This document shows positions 27,873-37,059 of a stretch of DNA of 64,000 nucleotides, one piece after another. The position numbers and the translations under genes were made by a program. The stretch covers positions 186,001-250,000 of IMG/VR virus record IMGVR_UViG_3300023083_000001. One strand, 5' to 3'. The notes beneath the pieces were generated by a model, which saw only the letters and a list, made by a program, of their open reading frames with translations, ran no database searches and had not been told where the DNA came from. The number at the start of each line of letters is the position of its first letter. Positions within the stretch are counted from its first letter, which is position 1.

Positions 27873-29468
27873 ATGAAATTCAGCATCTCCAGTTTCACCA
27901 AACGCAGTTTCTCAATGGTTCAGGTCGACCATCCTGGCGAGAATGAACTTATCTTTAACGCAGCAGGCTACGCTAACACCAAGCCTGGCGCGGTGGTGGC
28001 TGATGCTGATTCAGAATTCGGTCAACGGGTAGAACTGTTTATCGAAGTCAACGAATTCATTTCACGTATGCCCGAAGCGACACAGTTGGCATTGTACGAC
28101 TGCTACGCGCGGTTGGAATCTGTCTACTCGAACTACGGCGGCATGGGTTTGACAGTCAAGCATTCCAGCGACAGTCTGGACAATATGCTGGCTGACATCA
28201 TTGGCGACATTTCCAAGATCGTAAAGCTTGCAGATCTGCGGGCTTACATCGTAGGTAACAAGAATATCAAATTGCCATCTGAGCTTTCAGATGAGTACAT
28301 CACAAACGACAAGATCACTCCATTGTACATGGAGCGTACCTATCGCAAAAGTGAGTACATCGATTTGACGGCCGTGGCAATGATGACACGGTTCCTGATT
28401 CCTGTCTGGGGTACTTACTTGCCGATCAGTGGTAAAGAGAACTCGCCAGACATGAAAGAATACAACGGTTATAAACTGTTGGATAAATCTGAGCTGTACA
28501 CGTGTCCTGCGCTTCAGCGTCTGGAAACGTACGTGCGGGCTAACCTGGTCGAAGGCGAGTACGAATTGACAATCGTGTTCAAGTTCTTGTCCAGCGAAGA
28601 AGTGCCGATCTACTTGATGGCATTGGCTCTGATCCGTAAACTCTCCATCGCGCCTCTGTCGGCTGAGTTCGACAAAGACCACTTGATGAAGATCGTGTAC
28701 AACTACGTCTGCGGTAACAACAACCGCATGCCGGCAGCCTTTGGCTCCAACATCAAACCAAAGACCGATAACGAAGGTCTGTCTGACGACAACGGTTCGG
28801 TGTGGTGCGTGTACAAGATGAAAGAACAGATCAGCACGGGCGATCTCATGATCGTGCAGGTCTACATCACCAACTATGTCTTCGCCGGGTTGGACATCGA
28901 GCCGACTCTGAAAGAAGAACGAATCAAGCAATGTGTTGAACGCGCCATGAACCTTCAAGACTTCGACCCTACCCCAGCACAGATTTCCTTGTGTCTGTGG
29001 GTGATGTCGACTGTTATTGCAGGTTGTGTGGTGGAGATGTTCGACAGGAAGACCCTGATGATATCCATGGGACTGGCTCAAGCCGTACTGTGGGAATGGG
29101 GTTATCCACAACTGGCTATCCTGATGACCGCCAATCTGATCCCACTCGAAGAAGGTGAGTTGTTGCCGCCTATCCCTCGTACCAAGATTAGCCAATCTAA
29201 TCGGGAACTGTTGGAAGTGATCTACCCGTACAAGTTGCCTGAAAGCAAACGCAGTGAAGCAGTCGTATCGACCAACCCAGGTATCCGGGGTGTGGAAGAA
29301 GTCGCGACTGAACTGTTCCGCAATGAATGGGAACCGCGTTGCCCTAAACCCCTGGCCGCCAGCTACTATCGTTCCGATGTTAGCCGACGTGTCGAAATCT
29401 CTACAGATATTCGTGATCAGATCGCCTCCTTGCTTATCAAGCTTGACGGTCATATTCGAATCATCTGA
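27873..29468 (+). CDS. Non-virion RNAP sigma-like specificity subunit (phiKZ gp68-like)
   Basis: 531 aa; TY..SEY.DL...R...PVWG motif; position in the gp67-gp71 block. Confidence 0.75.
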   Translation: MKFSISSFTKRSFSMVQVDHPGENELIFNAAGYANTKPGAVVADADSEFGQRVELFIEVNEFISRMPEATQLALYDCYARLESVYSNYGGMGLTVKHSSDSLDNMLADIIGDISKIVKLADLRAYIVGNKNIKLPSELSDEYITNDKITPLYMERTYRKSEYIDLTAVAMMTRFLIPVWGTYLPISGKENSPDMKEYNGYKLLDKSELYTCPALQRLETYVRANLVEGEYELTIVFKFLSSEEVPIYLMALALIRKLSIAPLSAEFDKDHLMKIVYNYVCGNNNRMPAAFGSNIKPKTDNEGLSDDNGSVWCVYKMKEQISTGDLMIVQVYITNYVFAGLDIEPTLKEERIKQCVERAMNLQDFDPTPAQISLCLWVMSTVIAGCVVEMFDRKTLMISMGLAQAVLWEWGYPQLAILMTANLIPLEEGELLPPIPRTKISQSNRELLEVIYPYKLPESKRSEAVVSTNPGIRGVEEVATELFRNEWEPRCPKPLAASYYRSDVSRRVEISTDIRDQIASLLIKLDGHIRII

Positions 29469-29494
29469 TTTAACGCTACCAACAGGAGTTATCA

Positions 29495-31078
29495 ATGGAA
29501 CTTATCAAACTGTCCTTCGTAGAAGCGGACGGGATGCTCAACCAGGTTATTCGCCCCTATGACCTGGATCAGCGTGGTTCGGCTATCGACCTCTTCTCCA
29601 AAGCCACTGAGAAAGGTTTCAATATCAGCGCTAAACGTTTGGCAGCAGTAGCCGCTCCACTCATGGGTCCGTCTACTCGTCGCAAGATCGACGCGCATAT
29701 CTCCAACGGTTGGGATGCACCCCGCATCATGTTCGCAATGGTGATCGCTACCGGCAACCGTGCCAACAGCAAAGAGTATCACTACATCGTCGGCCACACT
29801 GACGAATCCATGCACACTGTGCGTGGTACCAACGTGCGCTTCGAGAAGCGGATGAAGTTGTATTTCAACAACATCACCCGTATCCACATGACCGAAGCGA
29901 CCTACATGACGCGAGATCGTGGTCATCGTTCGTTGTGGCAACCAAAGATCATCACGCACGATCAGGTGTTGAACCGTAGCGCGATTGAAGGTTTCAACGG
30001 CGGTCGCCGCGAACACCGTAACCGCGCCATGTCTCTTCGTCCAACCGATCTGTTTACACGCCAGGGTGGTGAAACGGCATTCGGTGCGTACTTGACTGAT
30101 AAAGATGTACCTGTCAAGAACCTGTGTGGCGTCTTCAGCGGTCAGTTGCGTTCTTCCACTCGGGAGAATAACAGCTCGACCAACTTCATGCGTCGTAGTC
30201 TCAATGCGTTCGTCAGCTCAGCTGCCGATCCGCAGTCGGCATTCATTGACGACAACCACGACCATGAAACCATGCAGCGTACGATCGACAGCGTGATCGA
30301 GAACAGCATCGATGCCGATCCGTACATCGAACAGATCCGCCGCGATTCCAACATCCTGGAACAAGGGTACATCACGTTCGGCGAACTGATGGACATGAAC
30401 CCAGACTTTGACGAAGACTCGCAGCTTCCGTTCATCCCGCTGGACCGTAACAACCGTAACCGTATCGTGGACAACATCGTTGGCTTCAAATCCGACGAGA
30501 ACGAATCCATTGCTGCGGCCATGATTGCTCACTCTCTGCCAGGCATCCTGATCAACTCGATGTATTCATCGGTTGATAACCTGACCATCACTACACGCGC
30601 GCGCGTCGGTGAGAACAAGTTGCAGTCAGCGTTTCCACATCCGTTTGTTGAAGGCATGTCGATCGCAGCAAGCTGGCCGTACTTCGAAGATCAGATCGAA
30701 AACATCTTGATCCAGGAAGTCAGCAAGGGCGGTCAGTTTGAATTCGATGCCCGCATCGATGCCAACATTGACCAGATGATCAAGATCTGGATCCGCATGG
30801 ACGGCGCGCCTGAGGCGTACTTCGAGTTCCCTGCGTTCTGCGATTCCCTGCTGTCTCCGATGTTGGAAGACAACATGAAGTCGTTCGAAGATCTGTCCAA
30901 GGGTATCGTGGATCTGGCTGGCGATTTGTCCAGGCAGCGTCTGCGTAGTAGTCCATCCGCCGTAGTGGAACCGGTCATCTTGACGGCCACTGAATCCATG
31001 CGCAATACACGTACCGACGGTATTGACCGTGGTGCAAGTCAACCTCGCGCATCCAGTCGTACTGACCGGTCCTGGTAA
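29495..31078 (+). CDS. picA: PicA/Imp1 nuclear import protein (phiKZ gp69-like)
   Basis: 527 aa after the gp68-like gene; RPY, I.NGW...R..F, LRP.D.F and P.F.DSL.SP motifs. Confidence 0.75.
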   Translation: MELIKLSFVEADGMLNQVIRPYDLDQRGSAIDLFSKATEKGFNISAKRLAAVAAPLMGPSTRRKIDAHISNGWDAPRIMFAMVIATGNRANSKEYHYIVGHTDESMHTVRGTNVRFEKRMKLYFNNITRIHMTEATYMTRDRGHRSLWQPKIITHDQVLNRSAIEGFNGGRREHRNRAMSLRPTDLFTRQGGETAFGAYLTDKDVPVKNLCGVFSGQLRSSTRENNSSTNFMRRSLNAFVSSAADPQSAFIDDNHDHETMQRTIDSVIENSIDADPYIEQIRRDSNILEQGYITFGELMDMNPDFDEDSQLPFIPLDRNNRNRIVDNIVGFKSDENESIAAAMIAHSLPGILINSMYSSVDNLTITTRARVGENKLQSAFPHPFVEGMSIAASWPYFEDQIENILIQEVSKGGQFEFDARIDANIDQMIKIWIRMDGAPEAYFEFPAFCDSLLSPMLEDNMKSFEDLSKGIVDLAGDLSRQRLRSSPSAVVEPVILTATESMRNTRTDGIDRGASQPRASSRTDRSW

Positions 31079-31116
31079 GGGACCGGCGTTACCTTCTTCA
31101 ATAACAGGAAATAAGC

Positions 31117-32343
31117 ATGTCAACTAAACTTGAAACACTACTGGACTTCGACACGAAAGTGTTGGGCGATGTCGGCGTGTTCGATAATGATGGCGGCGGC
31201 ATGTTGTCTTATACTGGCCGGGATGGCAAGCCTAAGGCAGTGACCATCAGTGGTAAACGTCTGGTTCTGCCTACTCAGCAGTTCCTGCGTGACGGCGACT
31301 GGGAGAAACGCATTGCGTGGCACCCACTGTCCGAACAGATCAACGAAGGTCCAAGCCCGGTCCTGAACGCCACCAAGAACTACATCACCGAACGGTTGAA
31401 ACTGACCTTCCGTGAACTGGCTCTGGCGTTGATGGAACTGGCTGCTGAAGAAAAGCGCCACAAGGCATTGACCGCCAAAGCTGGTAAGTACCTGGTGACT
31501 TTGCCAGGCGCTGATCAGAAAGTAGTCGACACCCTGCGTAAGGTTCTGGACTCGGTCGGTGATGCGCCTGAGAAACGTTCGATTACCATGTTCCTCAAGA
31601 ACGGCGGCAAGAACGGTGCTCTGCGTAGCTGCATGGTCAGCTTCCCAATCCTGGATGAATCTGAAACCGAAGTAGAAGATGGTGCAACCTTCTTCGGCGT
31701 GAAGATGCCTCGTAAGACTAAGGACAAGCAATTGATCCTGAGTCTGTTCGAATACATCCTGGGCGACAAAGACTATCGCGAGACTTACACGCAGTCGTCT
31801 AGCAACAGCGATGCGCCGTACTTGCATTGCCTGCTGCTGTCGTTCCAAGTGTTGGCTGAGCGTTTCAACAAGCTGATCGAAGTTCACGTTGCGGCTTGTC
31901 CACAACTGTCGGGTTTCAAGTTCGGTTTGGGCTGGCTTGAAAACATGAACGACTTCGACAACTTCGCAAAAGTCTACGGCGTGGCGGTTCCATCTCTTCC
32001 GGGTAACAGCGGCGTTACTGCCTCTGAACCTGAAGACTCCAGCAAAGACGTGTTCGAAGCCGATGCTGAAGATCTGGGCAAGGTTGCTATTGACCTGCCG
32101 TGGGATGAGCGTCCAGGTGACACTGGTCGTCGTGATTCACCGTCTCGCGATCGTCGATCGGTAGAGCGTGAACCGGTGCGTCAGGAAGGTGTTCCAACTC
32201 GTAGCCTCAAGGACGTGTTGGGCGGCAGCCGTCGTAATGACGAACCAGACCGTGAGACTCGCGGTAGCAGCTGGCGCAGCAGCGGTCGTGATGACCGTGG
32301 TGGCGGTGGACGTCCAAGCGGCCGTGGTGGTCGTAGCTGGTAA
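31117..32343 (+). CDS. Nucleus-associated core protein (phiKZ gp70-like)
   Basis: GKRLVLPT...HPLSE....G.SPV motif; R/G-rich disordered tail. Confidence 0.7.
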   Translation: MSTKLETLLDFDTKVLGDVGVFDNDGGGMLSYTGRDGKPKAVTISGKRLVLPTQQFLRDGDWEKRIAWHPLSEQINEGPSPVLNATKNYITERLKLTFRELALALMELAAEEKRHKALTAKAGKYLVTLPGADQKVVDTLRKVLDSVGDAPEKRSITMFLKNGGKNGALRSCMVSFPILDESETEVEDGATFFGVKMPRKTKDKQLILSLFEYILGDKDYRETYTQSSSNSDAPYLHCLLLSFQVLAERFNKLIEVHVAACPQLSGFKFGLGWLENMNDFDNFAKVYGVAVPSLPGNSGVTASEPEDSSKDVFEADAEDLGKVAIDLPWDERPGDTGRRDSPSRDRRSVEREPVRQEGVPTRSLKDVLGGSRRNDEPDRETRGSSWRSSGRDDRGGGGRPSGRGGRSW

Positions 32344-32345
32344 CG

Positions 32346-32388
32346 GCATACATGGGCAGGGGTAAAACCCTGCCCATACTTGCTTTTT
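32346..32388. terminator. Hairpin between convergent genes
   Basis: ATGGGCAGGG-GTAAAA-CCCTGCCCAT. Confidence 0.75.
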
Positions 32389-32398
32389 AATTTGTGGC

Positions 32399-32743
32399 TC
32401 AACTAACCGTAAGGCTGGTCCGATAGACTTGTTTCAACCGTGCAACTGTAGATTCATCAGGGACGAGAAGACTGTTCAAGTTCTCATCCATGGCGTGTGT
32501 ATCATTCAACCCGTTAAGTCGCATAACAAGCCGATGGTCTTCGAGCGCAACATTCGAAGCTAGAAGAAACCCCGTCAGATCAAATCGGTAGAGATAACCC
32601 GTCTCTGGCGAGATATAAACGCTTCGTGTGCTGGGGTCATTCTTCAGCAGTATGACCAACGACTCGATAAAAACATTATATTCATCGGTCATGGTGATGA
32701 GGTCCGGCGATTGGATCATGTAGCTATCTAGCTTCGTGGGCAT
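32399..32743 (-). CDS. Small conserved protein, possibly LysM/T4 gp53-like baseplate component
   Basis: AGGAG RBS; Y.FDL.GFL...VMRLNG pattern. Confidence 0.55.
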   Translation of the reverse strand: MPTKLDSYMIQSPDLITMTDEYNVFIESLVILLKNDPSTRSVYISPETGYLYRFDLTGFLLASNVALEDHRLVMRLNGLNDTHAMDENLNSLLVPDESTVARLKQVYRTSLTVS

Positions 32744-32758
32744 TTCAGTCTCCTAAAA

Positions 32759-32785
32759 CCTACAGTCATACATCATTTACCTGAC
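32759..32785 (+). promoter_or_regulatory. Putative early promoter of the nvRNAP beta/beta' genes
   Basis: CCTACAGTCATACATCATTTACCTGAC. Confidence 0.55.
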
Positions 32786-32810
32786 CAGCAATAACAACCA
32801 GGAGTAGTGA

Positions 32811-34967
32811 ATGAGTTCGCATAACCCTAAAGAGTTTTTGATCCCTCCTGAGATGGTTCCTATCAGTGGATTGAATCCATACTTTCACTATGTAGCGTCA
32901 GCCCGGCAAGTAATGTTCACCGGTAACCTGCCGCAAGCGCTGTTGGTGGATGGGCGTACTCGTAAACGGCAGCAGTCTGGCTTTGAGCGAGAAGTTGCTC
33001 GTGCCACGTTTAGCCACTCCTTCCCTCGGGATGCGGTGGTGCTTAAAATCATTCCCCGCTTCAGTTCCCAGATGTGGGGTGAGAACTTCGCAATCAACCC
33101 CATGGACCTTGTGATCTACGAGGACTATGAAACCCGACAGCTTGATTGTATCGAATTGTCCAAGTTTCACGTAATGCACCAGCATTACGGGTTCCAGTTC
33201 GATTACGACATGGACGTGTACAACAAGCTGACCAAAGGTGCCCGTTTTGAGAAGGGTACTGTCATTGCACGTAGCCCAGCAGTGACACCGGACGGCGACT
33301 ACATGTACGGTCTGGAAACCAACGTCTGTATGATTTCCCACCCGTCAGTGACTGAGGACGGTGTGATGTACAGCAAGAGCTATGCAAATCGCATTCGCTC
33401 TGATGGTTTCGAAAGCCGGATCATTCGGTGTGGGCGTACACATTACCCCATCAACTGGAACGGCAATGCCAGTGAATACAAACCAATCCCGGATGTCGGC
33501 GACTTCATTCGTCCGAACGGTTTGATCGCAGCGCTTCGTCCATACGACAGCAAGTTCGACCCGGTCTACATGTCCAGGAAGAAGTTGTTCGCTCCGGTGT
33601 ACGGCTTGGACACACCTACCTACGGCATTCCCGATGCTCAGGTAGTTGACATCAAGGTGTTGCACAACGACCGTCTGCCAAATCCTCGGATGCCTGAGGA
33701 GATGGGTAAGCAGTTCCGCAAGTATCACGAAGCGGATAAGCGGTTCTACACCGACATCGTCAAGACGTGCCTGTGTCGCAATGGACAGAAGATGCAAAAG
33801 GACGTAGACATGTCTCCACGTCTGCGTGCTCTGGTGTTTGAAGCCATCGCCCGTGCTGGTGAAGCATTGATCGAAGAAGGCATCTGGCCTAAGGCTGAGT
33901 CTGACGAACTGCGTGCTCGCAAGAACTATCGCGGTGAACTGCTGGACGAATTCCAAGTCGAGATCATCTATAAGTACAAGACCACAGTGGGCGAAGGTCC
34001 TAAGGTTACGGACTTGGACGGTGGTAAAGGCGTAGGTTCGTTGGTAGCTGAAGACGAAGACATGCCGGTGGATGCATTCGGTAACCGTGCCGAAGTGGTA
34101 ATCTTTGCCAACTCAACTGTTAACCGTCTGAACAACGGCAGGCAGCATGAGCAGGTAGTAGGCGCCGCAGGGCGTGATGTAATCAAACGCATCCGCCGTA
34201 CGTACGGTCTGCCAGACGTTGGGGCTATTCCAGACCAAGTCATCCGTGATGCAGTAACAAAGAACGAAGCCCTGTCCAACAAGAACTTCGGTTACTTGAT
34301 GGGCTTCTACAAGATGGTCAGTCCTAAACAGTGGAAGCTCCTTAACCGTAAGGAAACTATCCCGATGGGTCGCCATCTGAAACACTTGATCGAAGTCATC
34401 AAAGACGGCGACGATCCGTACGGTCTATACATTCAGATCGTGTCGGACTCTGGCGTTCGGATGGACAAGGTCATTAACGAAATCAAGAACGGTCCGTATC
34501 GTCCCGAGATGTCTCCGGTCACGTACAAGGACTTTGACGGGAAGTTTGTAACGACCAAGACAGATGTCCTGATTGGTCCGAACTACTACCTGGCGCTTGA
34601 GAAGACAGCGACAGACTGGTCTGGTGTATCTTCCTCGAAGGTGAACCATTTCGGTGTGAACGCTCGTCTGACCAATGCGGACAAGTACACCTCGCCTGGA
34701 CGTCAAACCGTTACTCGTTCCATGGGTGAATCGGAAGGTCGTAACCTGGCGCACGCAATGGGTGGTGAACATGTTGCCAACATCATGGACATGAACAACA
34801 ACCCAGTAGTCCACAAAGAAGTCTGCCTCACAGTCTTGACGCACCCAACTCCGACGAACATCGAAGCCGTGGTGGATCGGGAGTTGTTCAAGATGGGTGG
34901 TCACAGGCCTTTGGCTTATGCCATTCACCAGTTGGTGTGTTCGGGTAAAAACATCTCTCGCAAGTAA
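32811..34967 (+). CDS. rpoB: Non-virion RNA polymerase beta C-terminal subunit (phiKZ gp71-73-like, uninterrupted)
   Basis: SARQVM, TEDG, GPKVTDLDGGKGV, NRLNNG and RSMGESE RpoB motifs. Confidence 0.9.
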   Translation: MSSHNPKEFLIPPEMVPISGLNPYFHYVASARQVMFTGNLPQALLVDGRTRKRQQSGFEREVARATFSHSFPRDAVVLKIIPRFSSQMWGENFAINPMDLVIYEDYETRQLDCIELSKFHVMHQHYGFQFDYDMDVYNKLTKGARFEKGTVIARSPAVTPDGDYMYGLETNVCMISHPSVTEDGVMYSKSYANRIRSDGFESRIIRCGRTHYPINWNGNASEYKPIPDVGDFIRPNGLIAALRPYDSKFDPVYMSRKKLFAPVYGLDTPTYGIPDAQVVDIKVLHNDRLPNPRMPEEMGKQFRKYHEADKRFYTDIVKTCLCRNGQKMQKDVDMSPRLRALVFEAIARAGEALIEEGIWPKAESDELRARKNYRGELLDEFQVEIIYKYKTTVGEGPKVTDLDGGKGVGSLVAEDEDMPVDAFGNRAEVVIFANSTVNRLNNGRQHEQVVGAAGRDVIKRIRRTYGLPDVGAIPDQVIRDAVTKNEALSNKNFGYLMGFYKMVSPKQWKLLNRKETIPMGRHLKHLIEVIKDGDDPYGLYIQIVSDSGVRMDKVINEIKNGPYRPEMSPVTYKDFDGKFVTTKTDVLIGPNYYLALEKTATDWSGVSSSKVNHFGVNARLTNADKYTSPGRQTVTRSMGESEGRNLAHAMGGEHVANIMDMNNNPVVHKEVCLTVLTHPTPTNIEAVVDRELFKMGGHRPLAYAIHQLVCSGKNISRK

Positions 34968-35001
34968 TTGCGAGAGGTACTCTTGAGGAGTCGTAATAAA
35001 G

Positions 35002-36975
35002 ATGAGACGATTCAAAGCCAGTGAATTGTTTACTACACACGTCTACATGTGGCCTTGCAAACAGCTGGAGAAGTTCATCCTGGAGTTTGATGACGGGGAC
35101 TGGATTGAGACTAATACCTATCGCACCGAAGTCTCTCGCAAGATGTGGATGGCTCACGAACATTACGATCGACTGCCCATCTACAAACGGCACCACATCG
35201 GCAATGGTCCTCTGAGTAATGCCAGGTTGCAGGACGTGGCGTCTGCCATTGTCGAGGATGTGCAGAACATCTACGGGGACGCAGGTTATAATCGGGAAGA
35301 GTTGTGGTTCCTGACGTACAAGGCGTTCGAGCGTTTGTATAACGAATCGATCGTCGAGTATTCTGAATACGTGCGAAGTTCCAACTCGTTCGACTTCAGT
35401 GACCTGTACGAGTTTCCTCCGATCAAAGCTGCACGGGAAAAGATCCTGGAGAACCCGAACAACCTTTCCATTAAGAAAGGCTACGATGAAGCTGCGTTGG
35501 TATTGATGAAAGATCCACTCATCGCGCGTAACTCCATCGTGTCTGACTTGCGAGCCGGTTTGCTCAAGATGGAACAGTTGCTCCAGATCCTGGTGATCCG
35601 TGGCGATAACACTGACATCGATTCGCACATCTACAACCGACCTATCACCGGCAACTATTTCGCAGGGATCCACGATCCGGCGGAAGCGATGATGGAATCG
35701 ACCTTGGCGGCTAAAGCGATCATCTTTACCGGTGCTCCGCTTGAGCAGACTGAGTATGCGAACCGTAAGATGCAGTTCACCTCCCAGAAGGTAGATCTGT
35801 TGGTCATGAACGATTGTGGTGCACGACCTGAAGCTGAGATCGAAGTCACCTTGTCCCGCTTCAAGGACATGGAAGGTCTGTATTACCTGGATGAGAAGAC
35901 GGGTAACCAGAAATCTCTGCGTATCTGGGATACGGACATGATCGACAAGAAGCTGAAGTTCCGTCTACCGTTCAACTGTCGGTATCGCGACCAGAACAAC
36001 ATCTGTCAGAAGTGTTACGGCGACTTGGCGTACAACATCCCGTTCGGTACCAACATTGGGCACGTGGCTTCCACCATGACCCAGTCTGAAGTATCGCAGC
36101 AGGTATTGAAGGTTAAGCACTCCGAAGCTTCAGCGGTGTCTGATCTGATCAGCATCAACGAAGACGAGCGTCCGTACATTCTACCAGGCGGCGAAGCCAA
36201 TGAGATCCGTCTCAATCCAAGACTGGCACGTAAAGGCATTAAGTTGCTGCTGCGTAGCGTTTCCAGTCAAGGTACGGCCAACGCCTCGAAGTTGCCTATC
36301 CTGAAGAAGGCTGATGTGCAAGAAGGGTTGTCGACTTCCCGCTTCAGTCAGTTCAAGGACGTCACGTTCGAAATCCCAGCTGAGGGTAAACAACCCATGC
36401 GTTATCACGTAGCGGTATCGCGTGGTGCTCGGATGAGTTATCTCACAGCTCCATTCCTGCGGTTCTTCCTTAAAGAAGGCTTCAAGATTAAGGATGATGG
36501 TTACTATCACATCAACCTGGATAACTGGGACTTCGACCAGCCTGTGTTTGAAATGCCCAACCGTCACGGTAACATGAAGGACTTTGCGGCAGAAGTTGAA
36601 GTGTTCATTCGTTCGACACGTGATTCGTCCCAGCGTCACTTGGGTCGATTGAAACAACTGAAAGGTTACGACGATCCAGTAGAAGCATTGCTGGACCTGC
36701 ACGAACTGATTAGCAGTAAGGTGTCCGTACACTTTACTCATGTGGCGATCGTCATGCTGTCGATGATGGTGGCGAAGAACAACGGTAACGACTGGAGTAT
36801 CCCTCCTATCGAAGTACCAGTGAAGTTCGCCAAGTATGACCAGATCATCAACGGTGGATCCCTGGGTCCTTTGTTCGCCTATCAAGGTGGCAGAAAGATC
36901 CTGGAAGACATTGATCAGTACATGAACACCAACCGAATGCCTCACTTGATGGACCCGATGCTCTTACCCGTGTAG
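35002..36975 (+). CDS. rpoC: Non-virion RNA polymerase beta' C-terminal subunit (phiKZ gp74-like)
   Basis: TEYANRKM bridge helix, DCG, ICQKCYG and SQQVLKVKH trigger loop. Confidence 0.9.
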   Translation: MRRFKASELFTTHVYMWPCKQLEKFILEFDDGDWIETNTYRTEVSRKMWMAHEHYDRLPIYKRHHIGNGPLSNARLQDVASAIVEDVQNIYGDAGYNREELWFLTYKAFERLYNESIVEYSEYVRSSNSFDFSDLYEFPPIKAAREKILENPNNLSIKKGYDEAALVLMKDPLIARNSIVSDLRAGLLKMEQLLQILVIRGDNTDIDSHIYNRPITGNYFAGIHDPAEAMMESTLAAKAIIFTGAPLEQTEYANRKMQFTSQKVDLLVMNDCGARPEAEIEVTLSRFKDMEGLYYLDEKTGNQKSLRIWDTDMIDKKLKFRLPFNCRYRDQNNICQKCYGDLAYNIPFGTNIGHVASTMTQSEVSQQVLKVKHSEASAVSDLISINEDERPYILPGGEANEIRLNPRLARKGIKLLLRSVSSQGTANASKLPILKKADVQEGLSTSRFSQFKDVTFEIPAEGKQPMRYHVAVSRGARMSYLTAPFLRFFLKEGFKIKDDGYYHINLDNWDFDQPVFEMPNRHGNMKDFAAEVEVFIRSTRDSSQRHLGRLKQLKGYDDPVEALLDLHELISSKVSVHFTHVAIVMLSMMVAKNNGNDWSIPPIEVPVKFAKYDQIINGGSLGPLFAYQGGRKILEDIDQYMNTNRMPHLMDPMLLPV

Positions 36976-36981
36976 TACGCA

Positions 36982-37018
36982 GCATAGAGAGAGCCACCTT
37001 CACCGGTGGCTTTTTTTT
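36982..37018 (+). terminator. Intrinsic terminator
   Basis: AGCCACC-TTCACC-GGTGGCT plus T-run. Confidence 0.75.
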
Positions 37019-37059
37019 CTACATATAGAGGGAATACTTTAACCAATTCACTAGGAGTA

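Noticed and set aside
28287-29495. 402-aa antisense ORF in the sigma-like subunit gene
   Set aside because: Antisense shadow of a conserved gene
18194-36975. Introns, homing endonucleases or inteins in the nvRNAP genes
   Set aside because: ORFs are continuous with expected sizes; no HNH, LAGLIDADG or intein motifs seen
37006-37059. Upstream GTG start for the helicase
   Set aside because: Lies within the terminator hairpin; the AGGAG RBS supports 37060 or 37066
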